A DNA stretch of 64,000 nt. It comes from an uncultured Gemmatimonadales bacterium. GTDB taxonomy: Bacteria; Gemmatimonadota; Gemmatimonadetes; Gemmatimonadales; Gemmatimonadaceae. The stretch is taken from assembly GCA_963793305.1 (NCBI GenBank), contig CAWBZV010000012.1, positions 224,001 to 288,000 on the forward strand. The letters are read 5' to 3'. The notes beneath the pieces are model-generated. The model searched no databases. It was not told where the DNA came from and worked only from the letters and a program-made list of their open reading frames with translations. The position numbers and the translations under genes are program-made. Positions 19,253-29,669 of this stretch are shown here, one piece after another. The stretch's first letter is position 1. Each line of letters starts with the position of its first letter.

Positions 19253-20791
19253 GTGAAAATATTCTCTCTCGCCTCCGTCGCCCTTGCGACAGTCGCTGGC
19301 GCGCAATCAGACACCTTGCACTATGCCGTCACCCTCTCGGACACCGTCCATCACGTCTTCGCGGTGACGTTGACCGTTCCGTCACTCGCCGACTCGAACG
19401 CCGTGTTCGAGTTCGCGGCCACGGCGCCCGGCACGTACCAAACGATGGACATCGGCCGCTTCGTGCACGACTTCAGAGCGGTCGACGCACAGGGGACCAT
19501 CGTACCGGCCGAGCGCGTCAGTACGAACGAGTGGCGCGTGAGCCATCCGCGACAAGTCCATGTCATCACCTATCACGTGATCGCCACCCGCGACACCACG
19601 TACAAGAAAGATCCCATCTACCCGATGTGCGGTACGGTCCTGGAGTCGGGCTACGCCTTGATCAACGGACAGGGCGTGTTCGGCTTTCCACGCGGGATGC
19701 AGAGCGTGCCGCTGACGGTTCGCCTGACGTACCCGACCGGCTGGACCTACGGCACGCCGCTCACGAATCACAACGGCGTGTTCTTCGCCGACACGTACGA
19801 TCGCCTCGTCGACTCGCCGATTCTCCTCGGCCCCCACCTCACGTCGTCGACGCTCGACGTCACGGGCGTGCCGGTCACGATTGTTGTCCGCGCCCAGAAC
19901 CGGGATATCAGCGCCGACCAGGTGCGCGACGCGATGCGCGAGATGCTGACCGCCGCCGGCTCGTTCCTCGGCACACTGCCCGTCGATCGCTACACGTTCC
20001 TGTACGATTTCGGCCCGTACGGGCGAGGGACCATCACCGGCGCATGGGAGCACTCGTACGGCTCCGAGTACGTGCTCCCCGATGCGCCGTACACGCCCGC
20101 CTACGGCACGCAGATTCGCGACATTGCGGCGCACGAGTTCTTCCACGTCGTGACGCCGCTCAACATTCACTCCGAGATCATCGAGCACTTCAACTTCGCG
20201 ACGCCCGTCCCATTGCAACACCTGTGGCTCTACGAGGGCACCACCGAGTGGGCGTCCCACATGATGATGCTCCAGGGCGGCGTGACGACACGCAGCGAGT
20301 ACCTGGCGTTGGTCGTGCAGAAAGAGCAACTCGACCGCACGCAGTTCGACACCACGTGGTCCCTGCGCGAGATGTCGCTCGCGTCGTACAGCGACTCGGG
20401 CCAGAAGCAGTACCCGAACATCTATATGCGCGGGGCGATCGTCGCGGGACTGCTGGACATCAAGCTGCTCGAGGAGTCCGGCGGCGCGCACGGGCTCCGC
20501 GACCTGATCCTCGATCTCTCGAAGCAGTACGGGAAGCACCGCGCGTTCCCGGAGAACGGGCTGATCGACACGATCGTCGCGCGCACATCACCCGAAAGCC
20601 GAGACTTTTTCGAGCGCTACATCTTTGGCACCGAGCGACCGCCCCTCAAGGAGTACTACGCGAAGCTCGGCTTCACCTTGATCGAAGATGCCAAGGGGCT
20701 GCCCCAGCGATTCACGGTCGACTCCGCCCCGACACCCGAGCAGCTCAAGCTCAGAAAGGCGTGGATGGGACCCTCGCCAACCGGAGCGTAA
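19253..20791 (+). CDS. M61 glycyl aminopeptidase-family metallopeptidase
   Basis: Signal peptide; PGTY, LVDSPI, GAWEH, HEFFH, LWLYEGTTE, IY.RGA; no obvious C-terminal PDZ domain. Confidence 0.88.
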   Translation: MKIFSLASVALATVAGAQSDTLHYAVTLSDTVHHVFAVTLTVPSLADSNAVFEFAATAPGTYQTMDIGRFVHDFRAVDAQGTIVPAERVSTNEWRVSHPRQVHVITYHVIATRDTTYKKDPIYPMCGTVLESGYALINGQGVFGFPRGMQSVPLTVRLTYPTGWTYGTPLTNHNGVFFADTYDRLVDSPILLGPHLTSSTLDVTGVPVTIVVRAQNRDISADQVRDAMREMLTAAGSFLGTLPVDRYTFLYDFGPYGRGTITGAWEHSYGSEYVLPDAPYTPAYGTQIRDIAAHEFFHVVTPLNIHSEIIEHFNFATPVPLQHLWLYEGTTEWASHMMMLQGGVTTRSEYLALVVQKEQLDRTQFDTTWSLREMSLASYSDSGQKQYPNIYMRGAIVAGLLDIKLLEESGGAHGLRDLILDLSKQYGKHRAFPENGLIDTIVARTSPESRDFFERYIFGTERPPLKEYYAKLGFTLIEDAKGLPQRFTVDSAPTPEQLKLRKAWMGPSPTGA

Positions 20792-23695
20792 ACGTACTGC
20801 CTTTGCCCGGCGTGCTCTCGACCGTGAGGTCACCGCCCATGCCGCGCGCGAGATCGCGGCTGATCGCCAGGCCGAGGCCCACACCCTCGCGCGGACGCGT
20901 CAAGCGCTGATCGACCTGCACGAACGCGTCGAAAATCGCCGTGATCTTGTCGGACGAGATCCCGATGCCGGTGTCGGTGATGGAGACCCAGACGGAGTCC
21001 TCGTCCGCCGTGCAGGTCGTCCGAATCTCTCCACCCGGTTCGGTGAACTTGATCGCGTTGGTGAGCACGTTGAGCAGGATCTGCTGGACCTTCTCGCGAT
21101 CGGCGTGAACGCGGAGCGAGGCATTGCATTTGCCTGGCACATACGTCAGCCGTCGGGCAACCGCTTGCACCATCACCAGCGCTTCGGCGACGAGAATCGT
21201 CTCCTGGAGCGGCACCGCCGCCATCTCGTAGCGCGCCGTGCCGGCCCGACCGAGCGAGTACGTCAGCACCTGGTTGATCAGGCCGAGGAGGTGCCGCTGG
21301 CTCTGTTGGATGCGGGCCAGGTCCGACCGTTGGTCATTGGTCAGCGGCCCGTGGACCTCCATCTCCATTAAGCTCGCGTACCCACCGATCGCGTTGAGCG
21401 GCGTCCTCAGCTCATGGCTGATCATCGCCAGAAAATCGCTCTTGGCCCGGCTCGCCGCCTCGGACACCCGGAGCGCCCGCACCCGCTCCCGGGCGAGCGA
21501 GAGCTGCGCGCCGACTCGCGCGATGAGCTCATGGGCGCCGAATGGTTTGACCAGATAGTCATCCGCGCCCGCCTGCGCCCCTTCGATGCGCGCCTCCTCG
21601 CCGGCGCGGGCCGACAAGAGAACGACTGGAATCGTGGCGGTCGAGGAGTCGGCGCGGAGCTCGCGCAGCAACGCGAACCCATTGAGCCCCGGCATCATCA
21701 CGTCACTCAGGATGAGATCGGGCGGTCGCGCCTTGGCGGCCGCCAGGGCGGCGTGGCCATCGCCGACGGTTTCGACCGCCCATCCTCTCGTACAGGAGGC
21801 GCGCGAGATATTCGCGCATGTCCGCATTGTCATCGGCCAGGAGGATCCGGGCGGCGCCCTGGTTGCCGACGACCGTTATCGACCTCGCCAGGTCCGGAGG
21901 CGGCGGCAGCCACTTGAGCGCCTCTTCGACGTAGGTCATGGCACCGACGCGAGTCGACGCGAGCTGGCGACCAGCCGCACCGAGACGATCCGAGGGGAGA
22001 TGCGCCGCGCCGTACGGCATTGTGATCGTGAACGTCGTGCCCACGCCTTCCGTGCTGGCGACATCGATCCGGGCCCCGTGCCAGCGCACCAGCTCCTGCA
22101 CGAGCGCGAGGCCGATACCGGTCCCCTCGTGCGTTCGGCTCCGCGCGTTCGGCACGCGGTGAAATCGGTCGAAGATCTTCGGCAGCTGGTCGGCCGCAAT
22201 GCCGACGCCTGTGTCCGCGACGTTGACGATCGCCGCATTCCCGCCATCGCGCACGCGGATGGTGATGCCGCCGTCGAACGTGTGCTTGAAGGCGTTGGAC
22301 AGGAGATTGAGGACGATCTTCTCCCACATCTCCCGGTCGACGTAGACGCTGGCGGGCAGGAGCGGCGCGTCGACATCGAGCGCGAGCCCCGCGCGCTCGG
22401 TGGCCGAGCGGAAGGTGCTCGCCAGTTCCGCCGTGAAGGTGGCCAGATCGACCGGCTCGTAGGCGGCCGCGGCGCGTCCCGCCTCGATGCGCGAGAAGTC
22501 GAGCATCGAGTTGACGAGCTTCTGGAGGCGCAGCGTGTTGCGGTGGATCATCTCCAACGATCGATCGCGGTCGGCGCGCGGCGCGTCGGGATTCGCGAGC
22601 AGGTCCGCGGTCGGTCCGAGCATGAGCGTGAGCGGTGTCCGGAACTCGTGGCTGACGTTCGAGAAGAATTGCGTTTTGGCCCGGTCGAGCTCCGCGAGCA
22701 TCTCGGCGCGCTTCTTCTCCTGCTCATAGGCGCGGGCATTCGCGATACCCGTCGCGAGCTGCGCGGCGAGCATCTCGAAGAAGACCAGATGCTGCTCGTC
22801 GAGCGCGAGTCGGCAACTGACGCCGGCCACGAGGACCCCGGCGGGCTGCCCCGAGACGCTGGAGGGAATCGGCACGATCACCGCCGTGTGCGGTGGATCG
22901 GCCCAGGGCCCCGGCGGGACGCGGTCGAACCGGGCAGAAAGGTCGACGACCTGGATCGTCTCCGATGCCGGCACGTCAACCGCCAGAGGGCTCATGGGCT
23001 CGGCCGCCTCGACGCCGCACGTACCGGCGAGTATGGCGTGCTTGCCGTCCGGGTCGGTCAGGTAGATCGCGGCGAACGGGACGTTCGATGGCGTGCTTCG
23101 CCAGAATTCCGGCAGCGGTCGCGCACATGGCCTCGGCGGTCTGCGCTTCCGCGAGCGACCGGCGGCCGAGATCGCGCAAGGTGCCGACGCGCCGCTCGCC
23201 CACGACCTTTTGCGTGATCTCATGAACCGTCGCAATGACGCCGCCGATCCCGCTCGGCGCTGACTCGTCCGGGACCGGGCTGTAGGCGATGGTGAAGTGC
23301 GTCTCTTCGACGAACCCGTGGCGATTGATCTCGAGGAGGATGTCCTCCATCCACGTCGCGGGTCCCCCATTGAACGGGGTATCGATGAGCGGCCCGATCA
23401 CGTGCCAGATCTCTGACCAGCATTCTCGCGTGGGCTGCCCCATTGATGCCGGGTGCTTCGCACCGAGGATCGGCCGGTAGGCGTCGTTGTAGAGCTGGAT
23501 GTAGTCCGGTCCCCACCAGAGGAGGATGGGCATCCGGTTGGCGAGGACGAACCGCACCATCGTCCGGAGCGATTGGGGCCACAGCTCGATCGGGCCCAGG
23601 ATCGTTGCGCTCCAGTCGACGGAGCGCATGACCTGGCCCATCTCGCTATCGCCGAATAGCTCGGTCGCCGCGGCGTCCAGCGTGGTCGCCATCAT
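20751..23695 (-). CDS. Multi-domain hybrid kinase (PAS-like, GAF, HisKA-HATPase, REC, HisKA-HATPase); split by two single-base insertions near 23085 and 21785
   Basis: DWSAT.LGP..WPQSL N-terminus; SHEFRTPL and SHELRTPL H-boxes; LADDNADMR REC; three ORFs join into one canonical architecture. Confidence 0.85.
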
Positions 23696-23776
23696 CGCTT
23701 AAGGGTATTGCAGAGCCCGTGCCTTGGCTTCTGTTCAGGGCGAATTATGCCAGAGTTTGCTATATGTTCAGCACTT

Positions 23777-25418
23777 ATGCGTCGACTCCTGCCCCTCGCC
23801 GGCATCCTTGCCGCAAGCTGCGCGCCTCCTTCCGGTCGTGCCACACCTGCGTCACCCATCACCGCGGCCGAGCTCAAACACCGCGTCGAGATTATCGCCG
23901 ACGACTCCATGGGAGGCCGGCTCCCGGGATCGCGGGGCAACATTGAAGCTACGGACTACATCGCCGCCGAGTTCAAGCGCATGGGACTTCAACCGGCGGG
24001 GGACAGCGGCGGCTATCTGCAGTACGTACCCATGATATCGAGCCGCCTCGATACCACGCAGCATCTGACGGTCAATGGTGCGCCCCTGGCGTTCGGGACC
24101 GGCGTGATAGCGCAGAATCCGACCAACCTTCCGCTGACACTCGATGCGACTGGCGTCCCGGTCGTCTACGGCGGCCGACTTGGCGCTGACACCAAAGCGT
24201 TGATCAGTCCTGACTCGGGCGCCGGCCAGATCGTCGTGTTCGCGGTCGCGCTCTTTCCGGATGGGCGGCCCGACCCGCGCAGCGGGAGGTACCTGCCCGT
24301 GTTCCACAGGCCGCCACTCGGCATCGTGTTTGTCCTACCCGCGTTGCCACCGGTCACGATCTATTCGACCCTCAGACGGTTCTCGGTGCCTTCGTCGGCC
24401 CGTCCCGGGGCGTTGTCCTTCCAGATCAGCGCCGCGACCGCGCTCGCTCTGTTCGGCGACCCGGTCGAGCGTCTCACCGTCGGCGCCGTCGCCCGCGGCG
24501 TGCTCGGCGGACGCATCCGCTATCTCGCCCCGGAGACGATCCAAGCGCGCAACGTCGTCGCGATCCTGCCGGGCAGCGATCCGGCGCGCCGAGGCGAGTA
24601 CGTCGCCATGGGGGCGCACAACGACCATGTCGGCATTGGCGCGTTCGGCATCGATCACGACTCGGTGCGCGCCTACAACATCCTCTTGGCGCGTCAGCAC
24701 CTCGACGGCCCGGCCGCCGGGAATCCCGGCGCAACATCGCCGACGATCGTCGTCAACGTCGACAGTCTGCGCCGCCTTCGTCCTCCGCGGCGGGACTCGA
24801 TCTACAATGGCGCGGATGACGATGGCGCCGGCACCGCTTCTCTCTTGGCCATCGCGCAAGCACTTGCAAAACAGCACCCGGCCCGGTCTATCCTCTTCAT
24901 CTCGCACACCGGCGAAGAACAGGGCCTGCTCGGCTCCCGCTGGTACGCCGATCACACGACGGTGCCGCGCGATTCGATCGTCGCGTACCTCAACATGGAT
25001 TTGTTCGGACACGAGTACAACGCGGACTCGGCGCGATCGGGGCCGCGGTACTTGCAGTCCGGCGGCGCCCGTCGGCTATCCAAGGAGCTCGGCGCGTTGA
25101 TCGATTCGGTCAACGCTGGGCTTGGCCGAGCCAATGGCGATCGACTATTCGTGGGATGCGCCGGGGCATCCGTCGCAGAAGTACTGTCGGAGCGACCACG
25201 CGTCCTACGCGCGTTACGGGATTCCCGTCGCGTATTTCTCGACCGGCTATGGCGTCGACTATCACCAGGTGACCGACGAGCCACAGTATCTCGACTACGC
25301 GCACATGGCGCGTGCGGCGACGCTCGTGTACGCCGTTGCGCTGCGCGTCGCGAACCTCAGAACTCGGCCCCTCGTCGATCAACCCAAACCAGATCCCACC
25401 GCGCCCTGCCGACAGTGA
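23777..25418 (+). CDS. M28-family peptidase (lipoprotein); frameshift near 25118
   Basis: ADDSMGGR, NVVAILPG, GAHNDH, NGADDDG, HTGEE, LNMD; RSDH and DYHQ follow in the shifted frame. Confidence 0.88.
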
Positions 25419-26227
25419 TCATCGGTGATTGGGATGTGAATCCGACAACCGGACAGATCTCGCGGAATGGCGAGACCGTCCGGTTGGAGGCGCGCACGAT
25501 GCGACTGCTGGTCTATCTCGCCGAGCACGCCGGCGAGGTGGTCAGCATCGACGAATTGCTGAAAGAAGTCTGGGCGGGCGTGATCGTCACATCAGACTCC
25601 GTGTACCAGGCCGTGGCATCGCTCCGTCGTGAGCTCGGCGACGACACCAAGCAGCCGACGTACATCGCGACCGTCCCGCGGCTTGGCTATAAGATGGTCG
25701 CGAAAGTCAGCACGGCCCCTCAGGCCCCGGCGGCTCCGACCGTTCCGCGACGCGGTGGTCAGCTCATGGTGGCGATCGGCGTCGTGATCTGCCTCGCGCT
25801 CGCGGTCGCATACGGAATCCGCGGCGGCGGCCGCACCGCGAATTCGATCGCCGTGGTGCCGTTTCTCGATCTCACCGATGGTATGAGCCACGAGTATTTC
25901 GCCGATGGGATGACCGAGGAGGTCATCGACAAGCTGAGCAAAGAACCGGGGCTTCGCGTCGCGGCGCCGACGACGTCGTTTTACTTGAAGCGCAAGCCGA
26001 TCGCGATCGTGGATATCGCGAAGCAGCTCGGGGTGACGTACGTCCTCGATGGAAGCGTGCGCAAGTCCCACACGACGTACCGGGTCGCCGCGCGGCTCAG
26101 TCGCGGCGACAATGGTCTCGTCGTCTGGTCCGAGACGTACGACCGGCCCAGCGGTGATATGCTGTGGATTCAGGACGACATCGCGACTCAGGTCACGAAG
26201 GCGATCACCCAAACCGCCGCACGCTGA
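25415..26227 (+). CDS. CadC/ToxR-like winged-helix regulator with a TM segment and TolB-N-like domain
   Basis: GTG overlaps the M28 TGA; LEARTMRLLVYL, VYQAVASLRRELGD, YIATVPRLGY, TM segment, SIAVVPF, YFADGMTEE. Confidence 0.88.
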   Translation: MIIGDWDVNPTTGQISRNGETVRLEARTMRLLVYLAEHAGEVVSIDELLKEVWAGVIVTSDSVYQAVASLRRELGDDTKQPTYIATVPRLGYKMVAKVSTAPQAPAAPTVPRRGGQLMVAIGVVICLALAVAYGIRGGGRTANSIAVVPFLDLTDGMSHEYFADGMTEEVIDKLSKEPGLRVAAPTTSFYLKRKPIAIVDIAKQLGVTYVLDGSVRKSHTTYRVAARLSRGDNGLVVWSETYDRPSGDMLWIQDDIATQVTKAITQTAAR

Positions 26228-26645
26228 ACGCGATCGGGAGCCCGATCGAGAACATGTGCACGCCTATGCCTAAGAGCACGTCTTTGAGCTCGTACGGGCC
26301 CGTTGCGTGGAGGGCCGAGAGCGGCAGGACGACGTAGCTCATGCAGAGCTCGACGACGATGCCGTAGAGCAGGCCGCAGACGATCCAATGCTCCGTCATG
26401 AATGTCAGCCTGCGACTCGCCGCATAGTAGGCCGCGGTCCAGGTCGTGGCGATGCAATAGTGGAGCACGAGGCCGAGCACGTAGAACGGAGCGAACGGGC
26501 CGGCGCGCTCCGCCTGCTGCCCGATCAGCGCCGCCGTGATCCCGAGGGGTACGCGCCAGCCGAAGAGAATCATCGCCTGGGCGATATCAATTGTTCCGGC
26601 GATCAGGCCACCGGCCCCGATCGCCACGAGTGCTCGCTTTTTCAT
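26205..26645 (-). CDS. Hypothetical membrane protein (about four TM segments)
   Basis: GLIAGTIDI, GLVLHY, MSYVVLPLS, HMFSIGLPI; TACCGT 6 nt before the ATG. Confidence 0.75.
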   Translation of the reverse strand: MKKRALVAIGAGGLIAGTIDIAQAMILFGWRVPLGITAALIGQQAERAGPFAPFYVLGLVLHYCIATTWTAAYYAASRRLTFMTEHWIVCGLLYGIVVELCMSYVVLPLSALHATGPYELKDVLLGIGVHMFSIGLPIAFSVRRFG

Positions 26646-26679
26646 CCCGGCACGGTAGCCGGGCACGTGGCGCGAAGTC

Positions 26680-26715
26680 CTGAACTTCGCCTGAAATACT
26701 CTGAACTTCTCTGAA
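26680..26715. repeat. Four phased CTGAA direct repeats (putative winged-helix activator boxes)
   Basis: CTGAA at 26680, 26691, 26701 and 26711. Confidence 0.7.
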
Positions 26716-26716
26716 T

Positions 26717-27154
26717 TCAGGCCTTTCGCGCGGACCGGGCCGCATGGATGCGCGCCTGGAGGTCCTGTTCAAAGTCTCCCACGGGACTGAGTCCGGTCGA
26801 CGATGAACCTAACGGAACGAACCGCACTTTACTGATCCGGCCAACAGGGTGGTCCAAGCCCAGCACGAATACTCGGGCGCCCCTGCCCCAACGGCCCGTG
26901 TCGAGCAACAGCACGTCGGCGAGCGGCACGCGAAACGATCCTCCCGGGCCCTTGACCTGAAGTACGTCGCCGTCCAGCCACACTTCGCTCAATCGCCAGC
27001 CGTACCAGGTGATATACGCCACGACACCGAGCAGCATGAACGGGAGAACGGGCCCGATCTCTTGGGATGCGTTGACCAGCACGGCGGCGCCTATCACGTA
27101 GAGGCCCGGCATGCCGAACCGGTACCAGGTAATGCCAGACGACAGTCGCGTCAC
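26717..27154 (-). CDS. Hypothetical membrane protein (two TM segments plus a small soluble domain)
   Basis: GTG start overlaps the DUF885 stop; two hydrophobic helices. Confidence 0.65.
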   Translation of the reverse strand: MTRLSSGITWYRFGMPGLYVIGAAVLVNASQEIGPVLPFMLLGVVAYITWYGWRLSEVWLDGDVLQVKGPGGSFRVPLADVLLLDTGRWGRGARVFVLGLDHPVGRISKVRFVPLGSSSTGLSPVGDFEQDLQARIHAARSARKA

Positions 27155-28875
27155 AAGGCCGAGGCGGTGTCTCCGGGCAAGAGAATCCGCCGGATGATCG
27201 GGATCGGCACGCCGCCTTGCTTCACGAACTGATCGTGAAAATCCTTGAGCGAGTACGCGCTCCCCTTGGCGCGCTGATAATCCGCGCGAAGCTTGTAGAT
27301 CGCGAGCTTGCCGAGGGTATAGTAGAGATACGTGGGGTTATACGCCCCGCGTCGCGCCTCCTCGTAGCCGTTCGCCGGCTCCTGGAAGCACTTGTCGACG
27401 AAGTACTGCTTGGCGCCGTCCGCGACTGACATCCCTTGCGTATGCTCTTTGATGCCGACGACATACCGGCAGTCGCGGAGCAGCGCCTCCTCGAGCTGCG
27501 CCAGCTTTGTCTTGGGATCCCCATTGCCGAACCCCTGCTCGACCATCATCTGCTCACCGTAGTGCGCCCACCCTTCGACGTTCGACCCGGCGGCGAGGAG
27601 CTTCCGGGTCTTGGTCGGAAACTGCTTGACGTACAGAAACTGGATAAAGTGCCCGGGAAAGACCTCGTGCACGGTCACGATATTGAGCACCGCCGGGTTG
27701 AACTCGCGCAGGTGCTCTTCCACGTGCTCGGCGTCCCAGTCTTTCTCGGGCGGCGTGACGTAGTAGAACGCCTCGGTCGCCTTGGTCTCGAACGGACCGG
27801 GTGAGTCCATCGACGCATACGACCCGGTGCGGGCATAGGGCGGCGTCTCGGTCACGATCGGCATCGTGGTCGACGGTATGTCGACGATCTGGTGATCGAC
27901 GAGAAATTGCCGCGCGCCGGCCACGGTCGACTGCACGGATGGAATGAGCGTCGCAGCGGTCGGATGCGTCTTCTCGAGCGTCAGCATCGCCTCGTGCGGC
28001 GACTTCCCCGGCGCGACGAGCTTCGCGGTGGCGACGAAGTCCTTGTAGTCCTTGTCGAGATTGGCCTCGCCGATCGCCAGGATTCGATCGAGCGGCAGCG
28101 TGATCATCTCGTCGTACGCGAGCTTATCCGAGAAGTTCTTGGCGCCGATCGCGAACGACCCGTGCGATTTGGGCTTCAAGTCCGAGGTCAGCCACTTCGA
28201 GGCGTCCTTCAAGGCGGCGATCACCGAGTCGTTCGCCGCCGTGAACGCGCGCAGGGCGCCGGTGTCGGCGCCGGCCGCGGTCTTCGCCCAGCCGGCAACG
28301 TCGTGCTGGAAGAACCCGACCGAGCCTGACGCGACCCGGATCGCGAGATCGGTGAACTCGACCGGCGGGTTGTCCATGTTCGCTTTCATGGCCGCGAACA
28401 TCGCCGGCATCTGCCGGAGCCGCGCGGTCAGCGAGCGCAGTCGCTCGGCCGGCGGCGCGAAATTCCGCTTCATGAGCAGGTCGACGGCATTACCGGGAGA
28501 TCCGACATAGCCGATCGGGTTCTTTCGCCAGCTGGCGAGCGCGTCGAGATCCTGCAGCTCCGAGCGGATCGCGCCGTCGACGATCGCGGCATCGATCGAG
28601 TCGTCGGACGAGAGCTTGCCCGAGCGAACCGAGTCCAGTTGCGTGAGTTGCGCGCGCAAGGTGCTAAGCCGGCGCGTCACCGCCGCGGCCGACCGGTCCT
28701 CGAACAGCGTATCGTATTGGTGGAAACCCACGGCGGTACCGGCCGAGGGCGCGAACGCGAACGACGAGTCGAAGTACGCGTCGGCCAACTGGCTGAACGC
28801 TGACGGACCGGCGGCCGGCTGCTCGGTCGGACGGCACGCGACGACGAGGAGACCCAGCAGGAGATAAGGGCGCAT
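27151..28875 (-). CDS. DUF885-family lipoprotein (metallopeptidase-like)
   Basis: Lipobox VVAC; HEVFPGHFIQ, EGWAHYGE, YTLGKL, FHDQF. Confidence 0.9.
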   Translation of the reverse strand: MRPYLLLGLLVVACRPTEQPAAGPSAFSQLADAYFDSSFAFAPSAGTAVGFHQYDTLFEDRSAAAVTRRLSTLRAQLTQLDSVRSGKLSSDDSIDAAIVDGAIRSELQDLDALASWRKNPIGYVGSPGNAVDLLMKRNFAPPAERLRSLTARLRQMPAMFAAMKANMDNPPVEFTDLAIRVASGSVGFFQHDVAGWAKTAAGADTGALRAFTAANDSVIAALKDASKWLTSDLKPKSHGSFAIGAKNFSDKLAYDEMITLPLDRILAIGEANLDKDYKDFVATAKLVAPGKSPHEAMLTLEKTHPTAATLIPSVQSTVAGARQFLVDHQIVDIPSTTMPIVTETPPYARTGSYASMDSPGPFETKATEAFYYVTPPEKDWDAEHVEEHLREFNPAVLNIVTVHEVFPGHFIQFLYVKQFPTKTRKLLAAGSNVEGWAHYGEQMMVEQGFGNGDPKTKLAQLEEALLRDCRYVVGIKEHTQGMSVADGAKQYFVDKCFQEPANGYEEARRGAYNPTYLYYTLGKLAIYKLRADYQRAKGSAYSLKDFHDQFVKQGGVPIPIIRRILLPGDTASAL

Positions 28876-28975
28876 AGGGCCCAAGTATAGCAAAAGTCGT
28901 CGCTCGCGACAGAATACTGGCCGTTCCCGACATATCGTATGGCGCCGTCCGGCTCTGCGGAATGAGGCTTGGGCC

Positions 28976-29660
28976 ATGCGATACCTGCTGCTTCTCCTCC
29001 TCGCCACGCGGGCCTCGGCCCAGCATCTGGACACGCTGTACGTCGGCCACGCCCCGCTGTCGACCGCCTACATGCGGAACGACTCCAGCGAGTCGCTGGT
29101 GATGGTCCCGGACTCGAACGGCTCACGCGTTATTGGCAAGACCACGAGCCGTCAGCGGGTCGTCGACGGCAAGCTCTTTCGCGTCGCCCATTTCTCGAGC
29201 GCCCACGCCAACGTGACCGACAGCATCATGACGGGTGGCGCCGGTGTGCTGCCCATGTGGGAGATCTCGCACCAAACGTCGAAGGTCATGCACCTGCGCT
29301 GGGACGGTCATCGCGTGACCGGTGATGTGACGCCGACCGGAAAGCCGAAAGAGACCGTGGATCAACGCATGGCCGTCGCGGCGTTCAACTCGTCCGAACG
29401 TCGACCAGTTGATCCAGTCGCTTCCGCTCGCGCCCGGCTACACGGCACTGGTGGCGACGTACGAGTACGAGACCCCTGGCGGATTGCGCCTCGACACACT
29501 CGCCGTCACCGGACATGACCAGAACACCTGGGTCGTGCGCGTCTCTCGGGGGCAAACGTCGTCGATGACCGTGTGGCTCGATGATGCGACGAAGCGCGTG
29601 ACCAAGGAGGAGTTCGCCGAGAGCCCAACCGCGTGGCGGATGCGGATTGTCCGACAGTAG
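28976..29660 (+). CDS. Hypothetical secreted protein; frameshift near 29397
   Basis: Signal peptide; two ORFs join as FNSSDVDQLIQSLPL after removing one A. Confidence 0.65.
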
Positions 29661-29669
29661 CCGCTACCG

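Noticed and set aside
23708..26227. 839-aa M28 peptidase-winged helix fusion
   Set aside because: Artefact of the indel near 25118. The M28 C-terminus is in another frame and the regulator has its own GTG at 25415.
26680..26721. Mini CRISPR array or VNTR
   Set aside because: 5-bp units with 5-6-bp spacers and no cas genes; this fits operator boxes better.
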